This document shows positions 42,773 to 53,297 of a DNA stretch of 64,000 bases, one piece after another (the stretch's first letter is position 1; the number at the start of each line of letters is the position of its first letter). The notes under the pieces are model-generated. The model was not told where the DNA came from. It did no database searches and saw only the letters and a list, made by a program, of their open reading frames with translations. The translations under genes were made by a program, and so were the position numbers. This DNA comes from Chamaesiphon sp. (GTDB lineage: Bacteria; Cyanobacteriota; Cyanobacteriia; Cyanobacteriales; Chamaesiphonaceae): positions 96,001 to 160,000 of the forward strand of contig CBDFFH010000002.1 of assembly GCA_965246715.1 (NCBI GenBank), read 5' to 3'.

Positions 42773-44091
42773 GTGTTAATTAAACAAGATATTTCAGACT
42801 CACATTCTTACCACCAAAGATTAAATATCGTCGATCGAGATCGAACGATTACTAAAGCCGATCGCGACCCAAATTACCTCAATCGCGATCGAGGAGCTAG
42901 TCTCGATTGCACTCATCACAGCCGTAAAAACTCTGGCGTGGCAGTCTTAGCGAGATCGCCGTCTGGCGAGTTATCAAGTTTGGGGAATGGAGTCGCTCGC
43001 CCGCACCTGATGGAGCATCTGCCGTTAAAGAGCCATCACACCAATCTTGGCAGCCTGCAAATAGTTACGCTGGAATGGCAATCGACATTTAAATTGGAGT
43101 ACTGCCCGATCGTGGCAGATTACACGATCTGCTTACCGCTATATGGTTGTAGCGATCGCAACGATCGAGTTAGTCCCGTGTCAACAGCTACTGTGATCGA
43201 TCCCGGTCGATCTTTTGCTGGGATTGCTGGTTCAGCGGGTTCCATCGCGTTCGTAGGGATCGATCGTGAGACGATCGAGAACGAGCTGGCAAAATTACTC
43301 GATCGGGCATTAAAACAACCGTTATTATTTGAGCCAACCATCGATCTCCGTACCGATTTTGGGATGAGTTTGAAGGAACTGATCGAATTTGTGGGACGAC
43401 AGCGCGATCCAGCGTTGAATATTTCATCACCCTTGATGCAGGGAGAGTTAGCAGGGGCTTTATTGGCTTGCTTGCTTAAAGGAAGTTAAAAATAACTATT
43501 CTGATGAAATCCTGTATCACAGTCAGGGGGCTTTTGCCTGCTATGTCAATAAAGCTATTGCTTTCATCGAGTCTCATCTTCAGGACGAGATCGATCTCGC
43601 AGATATTGCTGGGGCAGTGAATATTTCGCCGAGGCTGCTCCAAAAAGCCTTTGCCCAACAATATGACTGTTCGCCCATGCGATTTGTCACCCGATCGCGG
43701 CTGCAGCGAATCCGGCAGGAATTGGAGCGAGCCAGTGGAGATACCCGGATTGTGGATGTGATGATGAATTATGGCATTACCCAAGGTGGGAAGTTTGCCA
43801 AAGAATATCAGCAGTTATTTGGCGAAAAACCCTCAGATACCTTGAAACGCGCCAATCAGATCGATCGAAAACACCCATCCGCTCTGGCAAGAAATCGACG
43901 ATTTTCGCTCCGAGCAGATCGTCGGGGGAGTAGCTCCTGCAGCTCGCCGCAATCTCGATCTCCCGATCGATGGTTTCACGCTACCGCCCTTCTGGTGCGA
44001 TCCTGCGATGTGGGGCAGTTATTTACGAATGATGGGGATACATTTAACCAACCAGTTGCTGCCATCTGCGATCGCTTTGCCGATCGACTAG
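42773..44091 (+). CDS. AraC-family regulator split by two apparent +1 indels (~43482, ~43868), with putative double-Gly C-terminal tail
   Basis: Ligand domain 42773-43483, then VKNNYSDEIL..YVNKAIAFIESHL..SPRLLQKAF..GKFAKEYQQLFGEKPSDTL in the next frame, then HPLWQEIDDFRSEQIVGG.. to TAG 44089-44091 in the third. Confidence 0.75.
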
Positions 44092-44159
44092 CTCGAAATA
44101 AATTGAATATGCTCACATCTTGCATCAGTTTAAATCTACTATTGCTTAGCGTAGATCCA

Positions 44160-44220
44160 GGGTACCCACAAGGGGCACCCCTACAGGTTAATTGTGTAGG
44201 GGTGCCCCTTGTGGGTACCC
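44160..44220. repeat. Inverted pair of GTAG-type REP sequences (REPIN-like)
   Basis: GGGTACCCACAAGGGGCACCCCTACA-N9-TGTAGGGGTGCCCCTTGTGGGTACCC. Confidence 0.8.
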
Positions 44221-44485
44221 TCAGCTTCCAGCTGGTGATCCTGTATTGGTGCCAGAGGTGAATATGCCAAATACGATCCGATCGGTCGATCTGACGTTCG
44301 CGATTGGCATTTCCCCACTCGGTTGCAACTTGTATTATGAACTCATGGAAGCACTCAACTGCTGCGCGATCGAGTTTACTACCCTTCACACCGAGTCCAA
44401 TCTATCCGGGGATGAAGTAGTCAGCAAGAGCTTGCCAGTTGAGGGATCTCCACTTTCAATTCACCATATTTTCTGGAGCAGTAAT

Positions 44486-44758
44486 ATGACTACTAATTTT
44501 TGGATCGAAATTTCTGATGATTCCGCTCAAAATGTCAGTGGTGGTTTCAACAGCGCCTACGGGAATGTTTATTTCAGCGAATACTTTAACGTTTATAAAA
44601 ACGTTTACTCTAACGTAGATCCTCGTGGTCACTTGGCAACTGCGGAGTCCGATGCTAAAGCATATGGCTATGGAACGGTCGCGCAGATCTTTACTTACAC
44701 TGAAACCACTCCTTATAGCTCTTATGCACAAGGCACCAGTATCTCAGCAAGTAAATAA
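44486..44758 (+). CDS. Double-glycine-leader secreted precursor 1 (90 aa)
   Basis: GGAG RBS; MTTNFWIEISDDSAQNVSGG|FNSAYGNVY... Confidence 0.85.
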   Translation: MTTNFWIEISDDSAQNVSGGFNSAYGNVYFSEYFNVYKNVYSNVDPRGHLATAESDAKAYGYGTVAQIFTYTETTPYSSYAQGTSISASK

Positions 44759-44947
44759 CGACTATCTTGGTTAAAGTGTAACCGCCACCGACTGGTCTAC
44801 TATCACGTTGTGTGGTTGGCGATCGAGGTAACTAGAGATGCGGTTAAATCTCCATACTCTCTGGTTATCCTCACTAATTTCCGATCGAGCTGGTGAAAAT
44901 CGCCCGATCGAAACGTAGGGATATTTTATTATGAATTATTTTTTGCC

Positions 44948-45307
44948 ATGAAAAGCGTTGATGAGAGCTACCGTAAGGAGCCTTTAGACGGCTTTTTCTT
45001 TGTAGAGATTTCAGATTTTGCTGCTGCCGCGATTGTCGGGGGTGCAGTTGCTGGAGTGAGTGCAACCGCCTATGCGTCTGGTAATTCAAGCTTGGCTTGG
45101 ACGAATACCAGTACTAGTGCAACTCACTTGCCCTGGGGCGGATCGATCGCCCAAGGATACGGAACTGCGGTCGCGATCGGAAATAATCCATCGTCTAATG
45201 TGAATGCTTTCGGCAGCGGAGATATCGTACTGACATACAATTCGACTTACTCTACCAAAAAAAAATCGGTTTCTACCGGATATGTCTTCGCCCTCGACCT
45301 TCCGTGA
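44948..45307 (+). CDS. Double-glycine-leader secreted precursor 2
   Basis: FFFVEISDFAAAAIVGG|AVAGVSATAYASGNSS...; Ser/Thr/Ala/Gly-rich core. Confidence 0.85.
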   Translation: MKSVDESYRKEPLDGFFFVEISDFAAAAIVGGAVAGVSATAYASGNSSLAWTNTSTSATHLPWGGSIAQGYGTAVAIGNNPSSNVNAFGSGDIVLTYNSTYSTKKKSVSTGYVFALDLP

Positions 45308-45335
45308 TTAAACTTCCAAGAAACAGGCACAGATT

Positions 45336-45704
45336 ATGAAAACTACTAAATCGAGCTGTCGAGTAGTGCATCCTGACAGCTTTTGCTCAATTGAAGTCTC
45401 GGACACTGTCGCAGCCACCATCGTTGGGGGCATCGCGATTGCAGTTGGAGCCGAGTCATCTGCTGCTGGGAATTCAGGCTTTGTCTACATCGATCCAACT
45501 ACTACGGCAGAATACCTGTCTTTTGATAGTGCGATCGGCAATGTTAAAGAAGTTGCTGCCACGCTCGAACAGATGGCATCTACTTATCAGACCAGTTACC
45601 AGAGCGGCGACAAGGTGTTTGGGTTTACCAAGAAGTACCATTGCTTTAAACATCAAGCTTGGATGATGGCGAAGGGATTTGGCTTCGCCATCGAGTATCC
45701 TTAA
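45336..45704 (+). CDS. Double-glycine-leader secreted precursor 3 (paralog of 2)
   Basis: FCSIEVSDTVAATIVGG|IAIAVGAESSAAGNSG...SGDKV...GFGFAIEYP. Confidence 0.8.
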   Translation: MKTTKSSCRVVHPDSFCSIEVSDTVAATIVGGIAIAVGAESSAAGNSGFVYIDPTTTAEYLSFDSAIGNVKEVAATLEQMASTYQTSYQSGDKVFGFTKKYHCFKHQAWMMAKGFGFAIEYP

Positions 45705-45797
45705 CCGTCGCCGTACTCGTCCAGCCCTGCCCGTTCCTGAGAGTTAGTAGGGCTATTTCCCCGAATCGATCGGTAGTATTAATTGAGGCACACACTC

Positions 45798-47942
45798 ATG
45801 CCATATTCCTGCACCCTCCAACATAGTGAAGAAGACTGTGGCGCAGCTTGTCTGGCTACCGTTGCGAAGCATTATGGGCGGAACTTCACACTTGCCCGGA
45901 TTCGGGATGCGGTGGGGACGGGATCTCGCGGTACGACCTTACTGGGCTTGCGGCGGGGTGCAGAAGCATTGGGGTTTCATGCGCGCCAAGCCCAGGCGAC
46001 TCTAGACGCGATCGAGCATTTAAATCGAGCACCTTTACCTTTAGTCATTCATTGGCAGGGCAATCACTGGGTCGTACTCTACCGCCAGCGGGGGAAGAAA
46101 TATATTATCGCCGATCCGGCAGTCGGCATTCGGTATTTAACCAAACAAGAACTACTAGATGGGTGGTCGAATGGTTTGATGCTGGTGTTGCAGCCCGACG
46201 AGGAGCGATTTTACGAACAGCCCAATGATAAAGTTGGCGGATTCGGGCGATTTCTCCGCCGAGTTTTTCCGTATCGGTGGATTCTGCTCCAAGCGATCGT
46301 TATTAACATCGCGATCGGCATCTTGGCGCTGGCGCTACCGATTCTGATGCAGATCCTGACCGATGATGTGCTCGTCAGGGGGGATTTACAGCTACTGACG
46401 ACGGTAGCGATCGCGGTAATTACGATGAACTTGTTTCGGAGCGCGATCGGGTTGATTCAGTCCCATTTAGTGGGACATTTCGGTCAGCGATTGCAATTGG
46501 GGCTGACTCTCGACTATGGTTTCAACCTGCTGCGCCTGCCTTTATCCTATTTCGACGCTCACCGCAGTGGCGAAGTCATCAGTCGGTTGGGGGATGTCCG
46601 CACCGTCAATAATTTAGTCGGGCAGATCGTCCTCGGTTTGCCCAGTCAGTTTTTTATTGCGATCGTCTCGCTGGTGTTGATGCTCCTCTACACCTGGCAA
46701 CTCAGCCTCGCGGCGATCGCGGCTTTTGTCCTCCTCACACTAGTCAACCTCTTATTTCTCCCCGCACTGCGCCAAAAAACTCGCAGCCTGCTCGTCGAAG
46801 GGACGGAAAATCAAGGATTTTTAGTTGAAACCTTCCGCAGCGCCTTAGTCCTCAAAACGACGCAAGCCACACCCCAAGTTTGGGATGAGTATCAGTTGAA
46901 TTTTGGGCGACTGGCAAATCTGAGTTGGGGCGCGATGAAACTGGGCATGTATAGCTCTACGCTGACAGGGATTATCTCTAACTTAACCACGATCGGCTTA
47001 CTCTGGTTTGGGAGTTATCTAGTCATCGATCGCACCCTCTCGATCGGTCAGTTAATCTCATTTAATGGGATGAGTAGTAACTTTCTCGGATTTCTGAGTG
47101 CGGTTGTCGGTTTGACCGATGAATTTATTACCGCCCAGATTGTGATTCAACGGCTCTCGGAAGTGCTCGATGCCCAGCCAGAGGAAGCTTATACTACGTC
47201 TAAGCCGTGGGCTGATATTCCCCAAGATGCCAATATTTCTTGCCTGCAAGTTAATTTTCACCATGCGGGACGAGTCACGCTGCTAAAGGATTTCAACCTA
47301 ACTATTCCCGGCGGGAAAGTTATCGCCCTGATCGGCGAATCTGGCTGCGGAAAGAGTACGCTTGCCAAACTCATTGCTGGATTGTACCCACTTCAGTCGG
47401 GGAATATCCGCTACGGGGTATACAACCAGCAAGATTTAGCCCTAGAATGCTTGCGCCAACAAGTAGTATTAGTCGTCCAGGATGCCCAATTTTGGAGCCG
47501 ATCGATTATCGATAATTTCCGGCTTGCCTATCCCAATCTCTCGTTCGAGCGGATCGTGCGCGCTTGTCAAATTGCTGGAGCGGATGAGTTTATTAGCGAA
47601 TTACCGGATAAGTATCAGACCGTATTGGGCGAATTTGGCGCAAACCTGTCCGGCGGCCAAAAACAACGGTTGGCACTCGCCCGTGCCTTAGTCACTGCTC
47701 CATCCGTACTGATCTTAGATGAATCCACTGGCGCACTCGATCCAACGACTGAAACTGAGGTGTTGGAGCGAGTGCTGGCATCCCGCAAACAGCGCACCAC
47801 GATCCTAATTAGCCATCGTCCCCGCGTTGTGCTCCGTGCCGATCTGGTCGTCTATCTCGATCGCGGTGAGCTGAAACTTATGGGTACTCCGAGTGACTTA
47901 TTAAGCATTGCTGGCGCGCATCAAAATTTTTTGAAGCCCTAA
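45798..47942 (+). CDS. C39 peptidase-containing ABC transporter (PCAT)
   Basis: QHSEEDCGAACL, HWQGNHWVV, IADP, TM domain, GESGCGKS, LSGGQKQR. Confidence 0.95.
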   Translation: MPYSCTLQHSEEDCGAACLATVAKHYGRNFTLARIRDAVGTGSRGTTLLGLRRGAEALGFHARQAQATLDAIEHLNRAPLPLVIHWQGNHWVVLYRQRGKKYIIADPAVGIRYLTKQELLDGWSNGLMLVLQPDEERFYEQPNDKVGGFGRFLRRVFPYRWILLQAIVINIAIGILALALPILMQILTDDVLVRGDLQLLTTVAIAVITMNLFRSAIGLIQSHLVGHFGQRLQLGLTLDYGFNLLRLPLSYFDAHRSGEVISRLGDVRTVNNLVGQIVLGLPSQFFIAIVSLVLMLLYTWQLSLAAIAAFVLLTLVNLLFLPALRQKTRSLLVEGTENQGFLVETFRSALVLKTTQATPQVWDEYQLNFGRLANLSWGAMKLGMYSSTLTGIISNLTTIGLLWFGSYLVIDRTLSIGQLISFNGMSSNFLGFLSAVVGLTDEFITAQIVIQRLSEVLDAQPEEAYTTSKPWADIPQDANISCLQVNFHHAGRVTLLKDFNLTIPGGKVIALIGESGCGKSTLAKLIAGLYPLQSGNIRYGVYNQQDLALECLRQQVVLVVQDAQFWSRSIIDNFRLAYPNLSFERIVRACQIAGADEFISELPDKYQTVLGEFGANLSGGQKQRLALARALVTAPSVLILDESTGALDPTTETEVLERVLASRKQRTTILISHRPRVVLRADLVVYLDRGELKLMGTPSDLLSIAGAHQNFLKP

Positions 47943-47992
47943 AATATTATTTTTTTAGAATTAACTGTTGAATATTTATTGGTACAGGTAAT

Positions 47993-49696
47993 ATGAGCAA
48001 CCGTAACCTCCTCAATGGCAAAAGCGATCGTGATTTTAGCGACGGCAAAATGTTTACGACCAACTTCTCCACCACGAGTGGTTATATCCGCTCCCAATTT
48101 AAGGAGAGTGCCTTAAATCCGAGTGATACTTCGATAACTCTACCCGAACCGAGTGGTTCTCTAGTCGCGGCACCAGAACCGAGCGGTGCGTTAGTTCCGT
48201 ATCAGCCTAATGTCGGGGATCTCTGTCGCCAAACTACACCAGATGATTATTTGCCCTCGATCGGTCGATTTCTACCGATTTGCGGCGCAGGCATGGTGGG
48301 GTTATTTTGCATGGCGATCGGTCTGAGTTCGATTTTAAAATATAAGACTACCGTTCAAGCTTCTGCAACGATTCGGCCCAACGGCGAACTGCGGATCGTT
48401 CAATCCGCGATCGACGGTTCGGTAGTGAGTATCCGCGTGCGGGACAATCAAGTCGTCAAACCGGGAGAGATCGTCGCCACTGTCAGAGATTTACGGCTCG
48501 AAAGTAAATTACAAACCAAGCGCGCTCAATTAATCGGCGACATTCACAAAGGTAAGCAACAGATCGGTAAAATTGACGCTCAAATTCTCGCGCTCCAGCA
48601 TCAAAGTATGGGCGAACTGGAGCAAACAGATCGATCGATTGCTGGGATCGAATCCGAACGCAGTCGTGCGGAGCGCGACTATCGCGACAAACAACGCATC
48701 AGTCGCGCCGAAGTTACGGAAGCTACCGCCAATATCGAAACTGCCAAGAAAGATAAACAAGCCGCCGAGATGGAATTACTCGTCGCCAATGCTAATTTAA
48801 AATCGATTCAAGCCGCTCATCAAGCTGCGGTGGCCAAACGCGATCGTTATCAAGACGCAGGTACGGCAGGGGCGATTCCCCAAAATCAAGTGGAAGAAGC
48901 CCAACTCGCTGCCGAACAACAAGCCCAAGCCATTGCTGCCCAACAAGCGACGATTGCCAAGCAAACCCAAACCATCGCCCGCTTGCACCAAATCATCGTC
49001 TCAGCACAAGCTAGAGCGACCCGGATTCAGGTTGCCCTCGATCCCAGTCATGCCGAAGTCGAACAAATCGCCCATAAAATCGAGCGCGAACGGGCAAATA
49101 GCAAAACAACAATCGCCCGGTTCCAGCAAGAGCGCCAAAAACTGCTCCAACAACGGGTCGAGATCGCTAATCAAATTGTTACTACCAAGCGCGAAATCGC
49201 CCAAATTGCTACCGATCTCCAGCCTACCGCGATCGTTGCGCCGATCGCTGGCACGATCCAGGACTTGACACTGCGAAATAATCATCAGGTCGTACATTCC
49301 GGCGATAGTCTGGCGCGAATTTTGCCTACTGGTACGGCAATGCAAATTAAGGCTTATGTTGCCCTTGCGGATATTGGCAAGGTAAATATCGGGCAAACGG
49401 TGCAAATGCGTGTATCCGCCTGTCCGTATACCGAAAATGGCGTGTTGGCAGGGAAAGTAACTGAGGTCTCTGCTGATGCCAAGTCGAGCGATAAAACTGC
49501 TGCTAGCGCGCAGCAATTACCATCAGCAGCCAATAGCTATGCGGTCACGATCGAACCAGCTACCGCTAGTATCGGTACTGGTAAAAGTAAATGCCACATG
49601 CGCTCGGGCATGGAAGGTCGAGTGGATATTATTTCTAAGGAAGAAACCATCCTCCAATTCATGCTGCAAAAGGCGCGGTTATTAGTCAATTCTTAA
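47993..49696 (+). CDS. HlyD-family membrane fusion protein
   Basis: TM, IVQSAIDGSV, long coiled coil, APIAGTI, SGMEGRVDII. Confidence 0.92.
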   Translation: MSNRNLLNGKSDRDFSDGKMFTTNFSTTSGYIRSQFKESALNPSDTSITLPEPSGSLVAAPEPSGALVPYQPNVGDLCRQTTPDDYLPSIGRFLPICGAGMVGLFCMAIGLSSILKYKTTVQASATIRPNGELRIVQSAIDGSVVSIRVRDNQVVKPGEIVATVRDLRLESKLQTKRAQLIGDIHKGKQQIGKIDAQILALQHQSMGELEQTDRSIAGIESERSRAERDYRDKQRISRAEVTEATANIETAKKDKQAAEMELLVANANLKSIQAAHQAAVAKRDRYQDAGTAGAIPQNQVEEAQLAAEQQAQAIAAQQATIAKQTQTIARLHQIIVSAQARATRIQVALDPSHAEVEQIAHKIERERANSKTTIARFQQERQKLLQQRVEIANQIVTTKREIAQIATDLQPTAIVAPIAGTIQDLTLRNNHQVVHSGDSLARILPTGTAMQIKAYVALADIGKVNIGQTVQMRVSACPYTENGVLAGKVTEVSADAKSSDKTAASAQQLPSAANSYAVTIEPATASIGTGKSKCHMRSGMEGRVDIISKEETILQFMLQKARLLVNS

Positions 49697-50664
49697 AAAT
49701 CCACACTACTCCAGATCGCCAGTAACCCCAGCCATAATAGAAAACTATAGCGGGTCAGATTCAGAGCTTGCTCGATAATTTCCGGTGAGATCGATCGAGT
49801 TGCATCGCCCAATAGTGGCTTCTCCTGTATTTGCCCTCGATAGTAATTGATGCCCCCAACTTGCACCCCCAATGCTGCGGCGTAGGCGCATTCACTCCAG
49901 CCAGAATTGGGACTAGGATCTTGACGCGCATCGCGCCAACACAGTCGCCAGACAATCAGCGGTTTACCAGAAATGATGCTCAGGGTGAGGACGGTAAGCC
50001 GACAGGGGAGCCAAGTCAGCACATCCTCAGTTTTGGCACTACACCAGCCGAGATCGGCGTATGGCTCGCGACGATAGCCAACCATTGAATCGAGGGTACT
50101 GGCGGCTTTGTAGGCCATTGCCAGCGGTACGGCTCCGATCGCGGGGATAAATGCGCCGACGATCGCGTAGAATAATGGAGCCATCACACCATCAACAGCA
50201 TTTTCGGTAATGGTTTCGAGGATCGCACGATAGATATCGGGAATGGTGAGTTTATCGGTATCGCGACCGACATACATCCTTAATTGCGATCGGGCCGCAG
50301 CCAGATCATCAGTCTTTATAGCTGCGACAACATCCTCAGCTGCTTTCCGGAGACTTTTGCCAGCAAAACAACTAGCTAAGGCGATCGATCTTACGGCCAT
50401 TCCCCACCACGGATGCAACCACTGACAAACATCGATTAGCAGCCAACTCACGATCGCCGTACCCAAGATTAAACCCCAGCACAATACCACTCCAGCCAGC
50501 CGGCGCGAATCCGGATGCAGGCAATATTTGAGGGCGGTCTGGGTAAATCTGTGGATAAACCAGCCCATGACCTGAACTGGATGCAAGCATTCCCACGGAT
50601 CGCCAATCAGGTAGTCTAGATACGCCGCAATAAACAGGAAATAGTAGAGATGAGCGCTTAGCAA
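49693..50664 (-). CDS. cobD: Adenosylcobinamide-phosphate synthase
   Basis: LDYLIGDP..HPV, VGRDT, ENAVDG, STLDSMVGY, SPNSGW. TTG start at 50664; the ORF-track extension lies in a MITE. Confidence 0.92.
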   Translation of the reverse strand: MLSAHLYYFLFIAAYLDYLIGDPWECLHPVQVMGWFIHRFTQTALKYCLHPDSRRLAGVVLCWGLILGTAIVSWLLIDVCQWLHPWWGMAVRSIALASCFAGKSLRKAAEDVVAAIKTDDLAAARSQLRMYVGRDTDKLTIPDIYRAILETITENAVDGVMAPLFYAIVGAFIPAIGAVPLAMAYKAASTLDSMVGYRREPYADLGWCSAKTEDVLTWLPCRLTVLTLSIISGKPLIVWRLCWRDARQDPSPNSGWSECAYAAALGVQVGGINYYRGQIQEKPLLGDATRSISPEIIEQALNLTRYSFLLWLGLLAIWSSVDF

Positions 50665-50671
50665 GTAAGTA

Positions 50672-50958
50672 ACGTGAGTTCGGGACAAGAATTTAAGCTG
50701 CGCCCCCAATTCAAGTACCAGACGATCGATAAACACCACCCACAGATCGACCCATAGTGCGGAGCTAATGCGAAGCGCTCTGTGCTGCTTACAAACTAAC
50801 CCTTGTGCAGGGGAGTTTGAGGGGCGGCACTCCGCTCCTCAACGGGGGGTCTGGGGGTTCCGACCCCCAGATTCGGGTTTTTGCTGCTCACAATAACTTA
50901 GAACCAAGCACCAGTCCAAGAATGGTCTAAAAGGGAAATCCTTAACCCGAACTGACGT
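50672..50958. mobile_element. ~287-bp MITE, TA-flanked, 7 bp upstream of cobD
   Basis: TA|ACGTGAGTTCGGGACAAG ... CTTAACCCGAACTGACGT|TA. Confidence 0.85.
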
Positions 50959-51081
50959 TAGATTAATTGTCAAGCGGCATTTTAGGCGATTGCTGACGCA
51001 GACTGCAAGCCGTTCGACACACAGGTAAAAGCCAGCAAGAGGTTTGCCAGCCCACAGCAACGATCTTTGCTCGAGCGAAAC

Positions 51082-51291
51082 TCAGTAGCTACTATCGTCA
51101 GGGACAGCATGGACTGTCAGCTCGTGATTTGCCCCGTTCAGCCTGTCAGAAATTGCTTTGCGCCACTCCAGACTGATTGTGGGGTCGGCCAAGATTTCCA
51201 CTGCTGCTTGACGATATGCCGCACTAGTAGTTGCATCGACGCGATCGATCGATTCCAGGTTTTTGTAGACGGTTTCTAGAGAAGGTTGCAC
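51082..51291 (-). CDS. Small hypothetical protein
   Basis: 69 aa, GAGG upstream, follows gltD. Confidence 0.6.
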   Translation of the reverse strand: MQPSLETVYKNLESIDRVDATTSAAYRQAAVEILADPTISLEWRKAISDRLNGANHELTVHAVPDDSSY

Positions 51292-51362
51292 GATCGGTAC
51301 CTCTATTAGTTAGTTTAGAATAGGTAAAAACGTTTTATCAGCACATTTCGACAATTCGATCG

Positions 51363-52847
51363 TTAGGGTAAGTCGGTATTGCCCATCAGGAATCGATCGC
51401 ATTCACGCGCGGCACCGCGACCTTCATTAATCGCCCAGACGACCAAACTTTGACCGCGCCGACAGTCACCTGCGGCAAATACGCCCGGAAGACTGGTAGT
51501 ATAGCGATCGTGGTCGGCTTTGATATTGCTCCGAGCATCTTTCTCGACACCGAGAGCATCGATTAATGGCTGTTCGGGGCCGAGGAAGCCCATCGCTAAT
51601 AAAACGAGTTGTGCGGGAACCACCCGTTCGCTACCAGGAATGTGGTTGAGGACGAATTGACCTTTTTCGTTTTTCTCCCACTGGACATTGACGATGTGAA
51701 CGGCGGTAACATTCCCGTTTTCATCGCCTTCAAATTTGGTGGCGGTGGTGAGATATGCGCGCGGATCTGCGCCAAATTTGGCAGCAGCTTCTTCTTGCCC
51801 ATAGTCCATTTTGTAGACTTTCGGCCATTCTGGCCAGGGATTATCCTGGGCACGGGTGAGGGGTGGCGTGGGCATGATCTCCAGTTGGGTGGCATTGGTA
51901 CAACCGTGGCGAATGGAGGTACCGACACAATCGGTACCAGTGTCACCACCACCGATGATGACAACGTTTTTGCCTGCGGCGGAGATGAAGTTTGGATGTT
52001 CGCTGTTGTCTAAGACTGTTTGAGTATTGGCAGTCAGAAAGTCCATGGCGAAGTGGATGCCTTGGAGTTGGCGACCTTCGATCGGTAGATCTCGAGGTTT
52101 AGTCGCACCAGTGCAAAGTACGACGGCAGCGTACTGAGATAGAAGGTCGGCGGTGGGAATATCTTTGCCAACTTCAACGTTACATTTAAATACGATCCCT
52201 TCGGCTTCGAGCAGTTGGAGGCGACGGAAGACGACTTGCTCTTTCGCCAACTTCATGTTGGGAATACCATACATTAGCAGTCCGCCTGGTCTGTCCGCGC
52301 GTTCTAATACGGTGACCAAATGTCCAGCTTTATTCAATTGAGCTGCTGCGGCAAGTCCCGCAGGGCCAGAGCCAATCACGGCAACTTTTTTGCCTGTTCG
52401 TTTGGCTGGCGGTTCGGCAACGATCCAGCCTTCTTCCCAGCCTTTATCCACGATCGCGTGTTCGATACTCTTAATCGTCACCGCCGGGTTATGGATGCCC
52501 AATACACAAGAGCCTTCACATGGTGCAGGGCAGACTCTGCCAGTAAATTCAGGGAAATTATTGGTTTTGTGCAGTCTGTCTAGCGCTTCGCGCCAGAGTC
52601 CGCGATATACGAGGTCGTTCCATTCGGGGATCAGGTTATTGATCGGACAACCACTCGCCATCCCACTAATCAAGGTACCAGTATGACAGAACGGCGTGCC
52701 ACAATCCATACACCTTGCGCCCTGATTGCGGAGTTTGTCATCGGGCAGCGGAATGTGGAATTCATCCCAGTTGTGGATGCGATCGAGTGGCGCGATGTCG
52801 CCTTCTACTTCACGGCGATATTCGATAAAGCCTGTTGGTTTGCCCAT
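51363..52847 (-). CDS. gltD: NAD(P)H-dependent glutamate synthase small subunit
   Basis: [50 protein letters not shown]. Confidence 0.97.
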   Translation of the reverse strand: MGKPTGFIEYRREVEGDIAPLDRIHNWDEFHIPLPDDKLRNQGARCMDCGTPFCHTGTLISGMASGCPINNLIPEWNDLVYRGLWREALDRLHKTNNFPEFTGRVCPAPCEGSCVLGIHNPAVTIKSIEHAIVDKGWEEGWIVAEPPAKRTGKKVAVIGSGPAGLAAAAQLNKAGHLVTVLERADRPGGLLMYGIPNMKLAKEQVVFRRLQLLEAEGIVFKCNVEVGKDIPTADLLSQYAAVVLCTGATKPRDLPIEGRQLQGIHFAMDFLTANTQTVLDNSEHPNFISAAGKNVVIIGGGDTGTDCVGTSIRHGCTNATQLEIMPTPPLTRAQDNPWPEWPKVYKMDYGQEEAAAKFGADPRAYLTTATKFEGDENGNVTAVHIVNVQWEKNEKGQFVLNHIPGSERVVPAQLVLLAMGFLGPEQPLIDALGVEKDARSNIKADHDRYTTSLPGVFAAGDCRRGQSLVVWAINEGRGAARECDRFLMGNTDLP

Positions 52848-53297
52848 TTTATTTATAATTATTTGTAGCACGGTCAGTCGTTGACATTTATTTAGTTACG
52901 CTAGTGGCAACTTACAAGGTGACTGACCTGTCTATAGTTTAGCGATACCTACTCTATGCTATTTTCTAAACGTGTCTGTGGCGATCGACTGCAACAAATA
53001 TTTGTTAGCTGATACAAATATTTAACTACAGTAAACCTCCTGCCTAAATTCCTTACAAATTTATTCGCCAGACTACTAAATAAACTACAGAGATTCGATC
53101 GCTGGCGGCAATTATTTAAACCGAGCGAACTCTAGCTAGCACGAGTCGATCCCATTATCTCAGTGCTAATTCCTCCGAACACATCATCAAACCAGGCACA
53201 CACACCGAATCCCCCAATTTCAACCCTTGTGCGGTACCGCAACGGCGCAAATATCCTTAACCTGTTGGCGGAGCCTCGGTGCAAGGGGAAACTCACA

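Noticed and set aside
43868..44261. ORF-track C-terminal extension of AraC (KHPSALARNRRFS...)
   Set aside because: It runs through a REP pair and looks non-coding; the +1 frame holds the recognisable leader motif.
44192..44485. 188-aa version of precursor 1
   Set aside because: It begins inside the REP pair; the RBS and ATG at 44486 give a proper leader.
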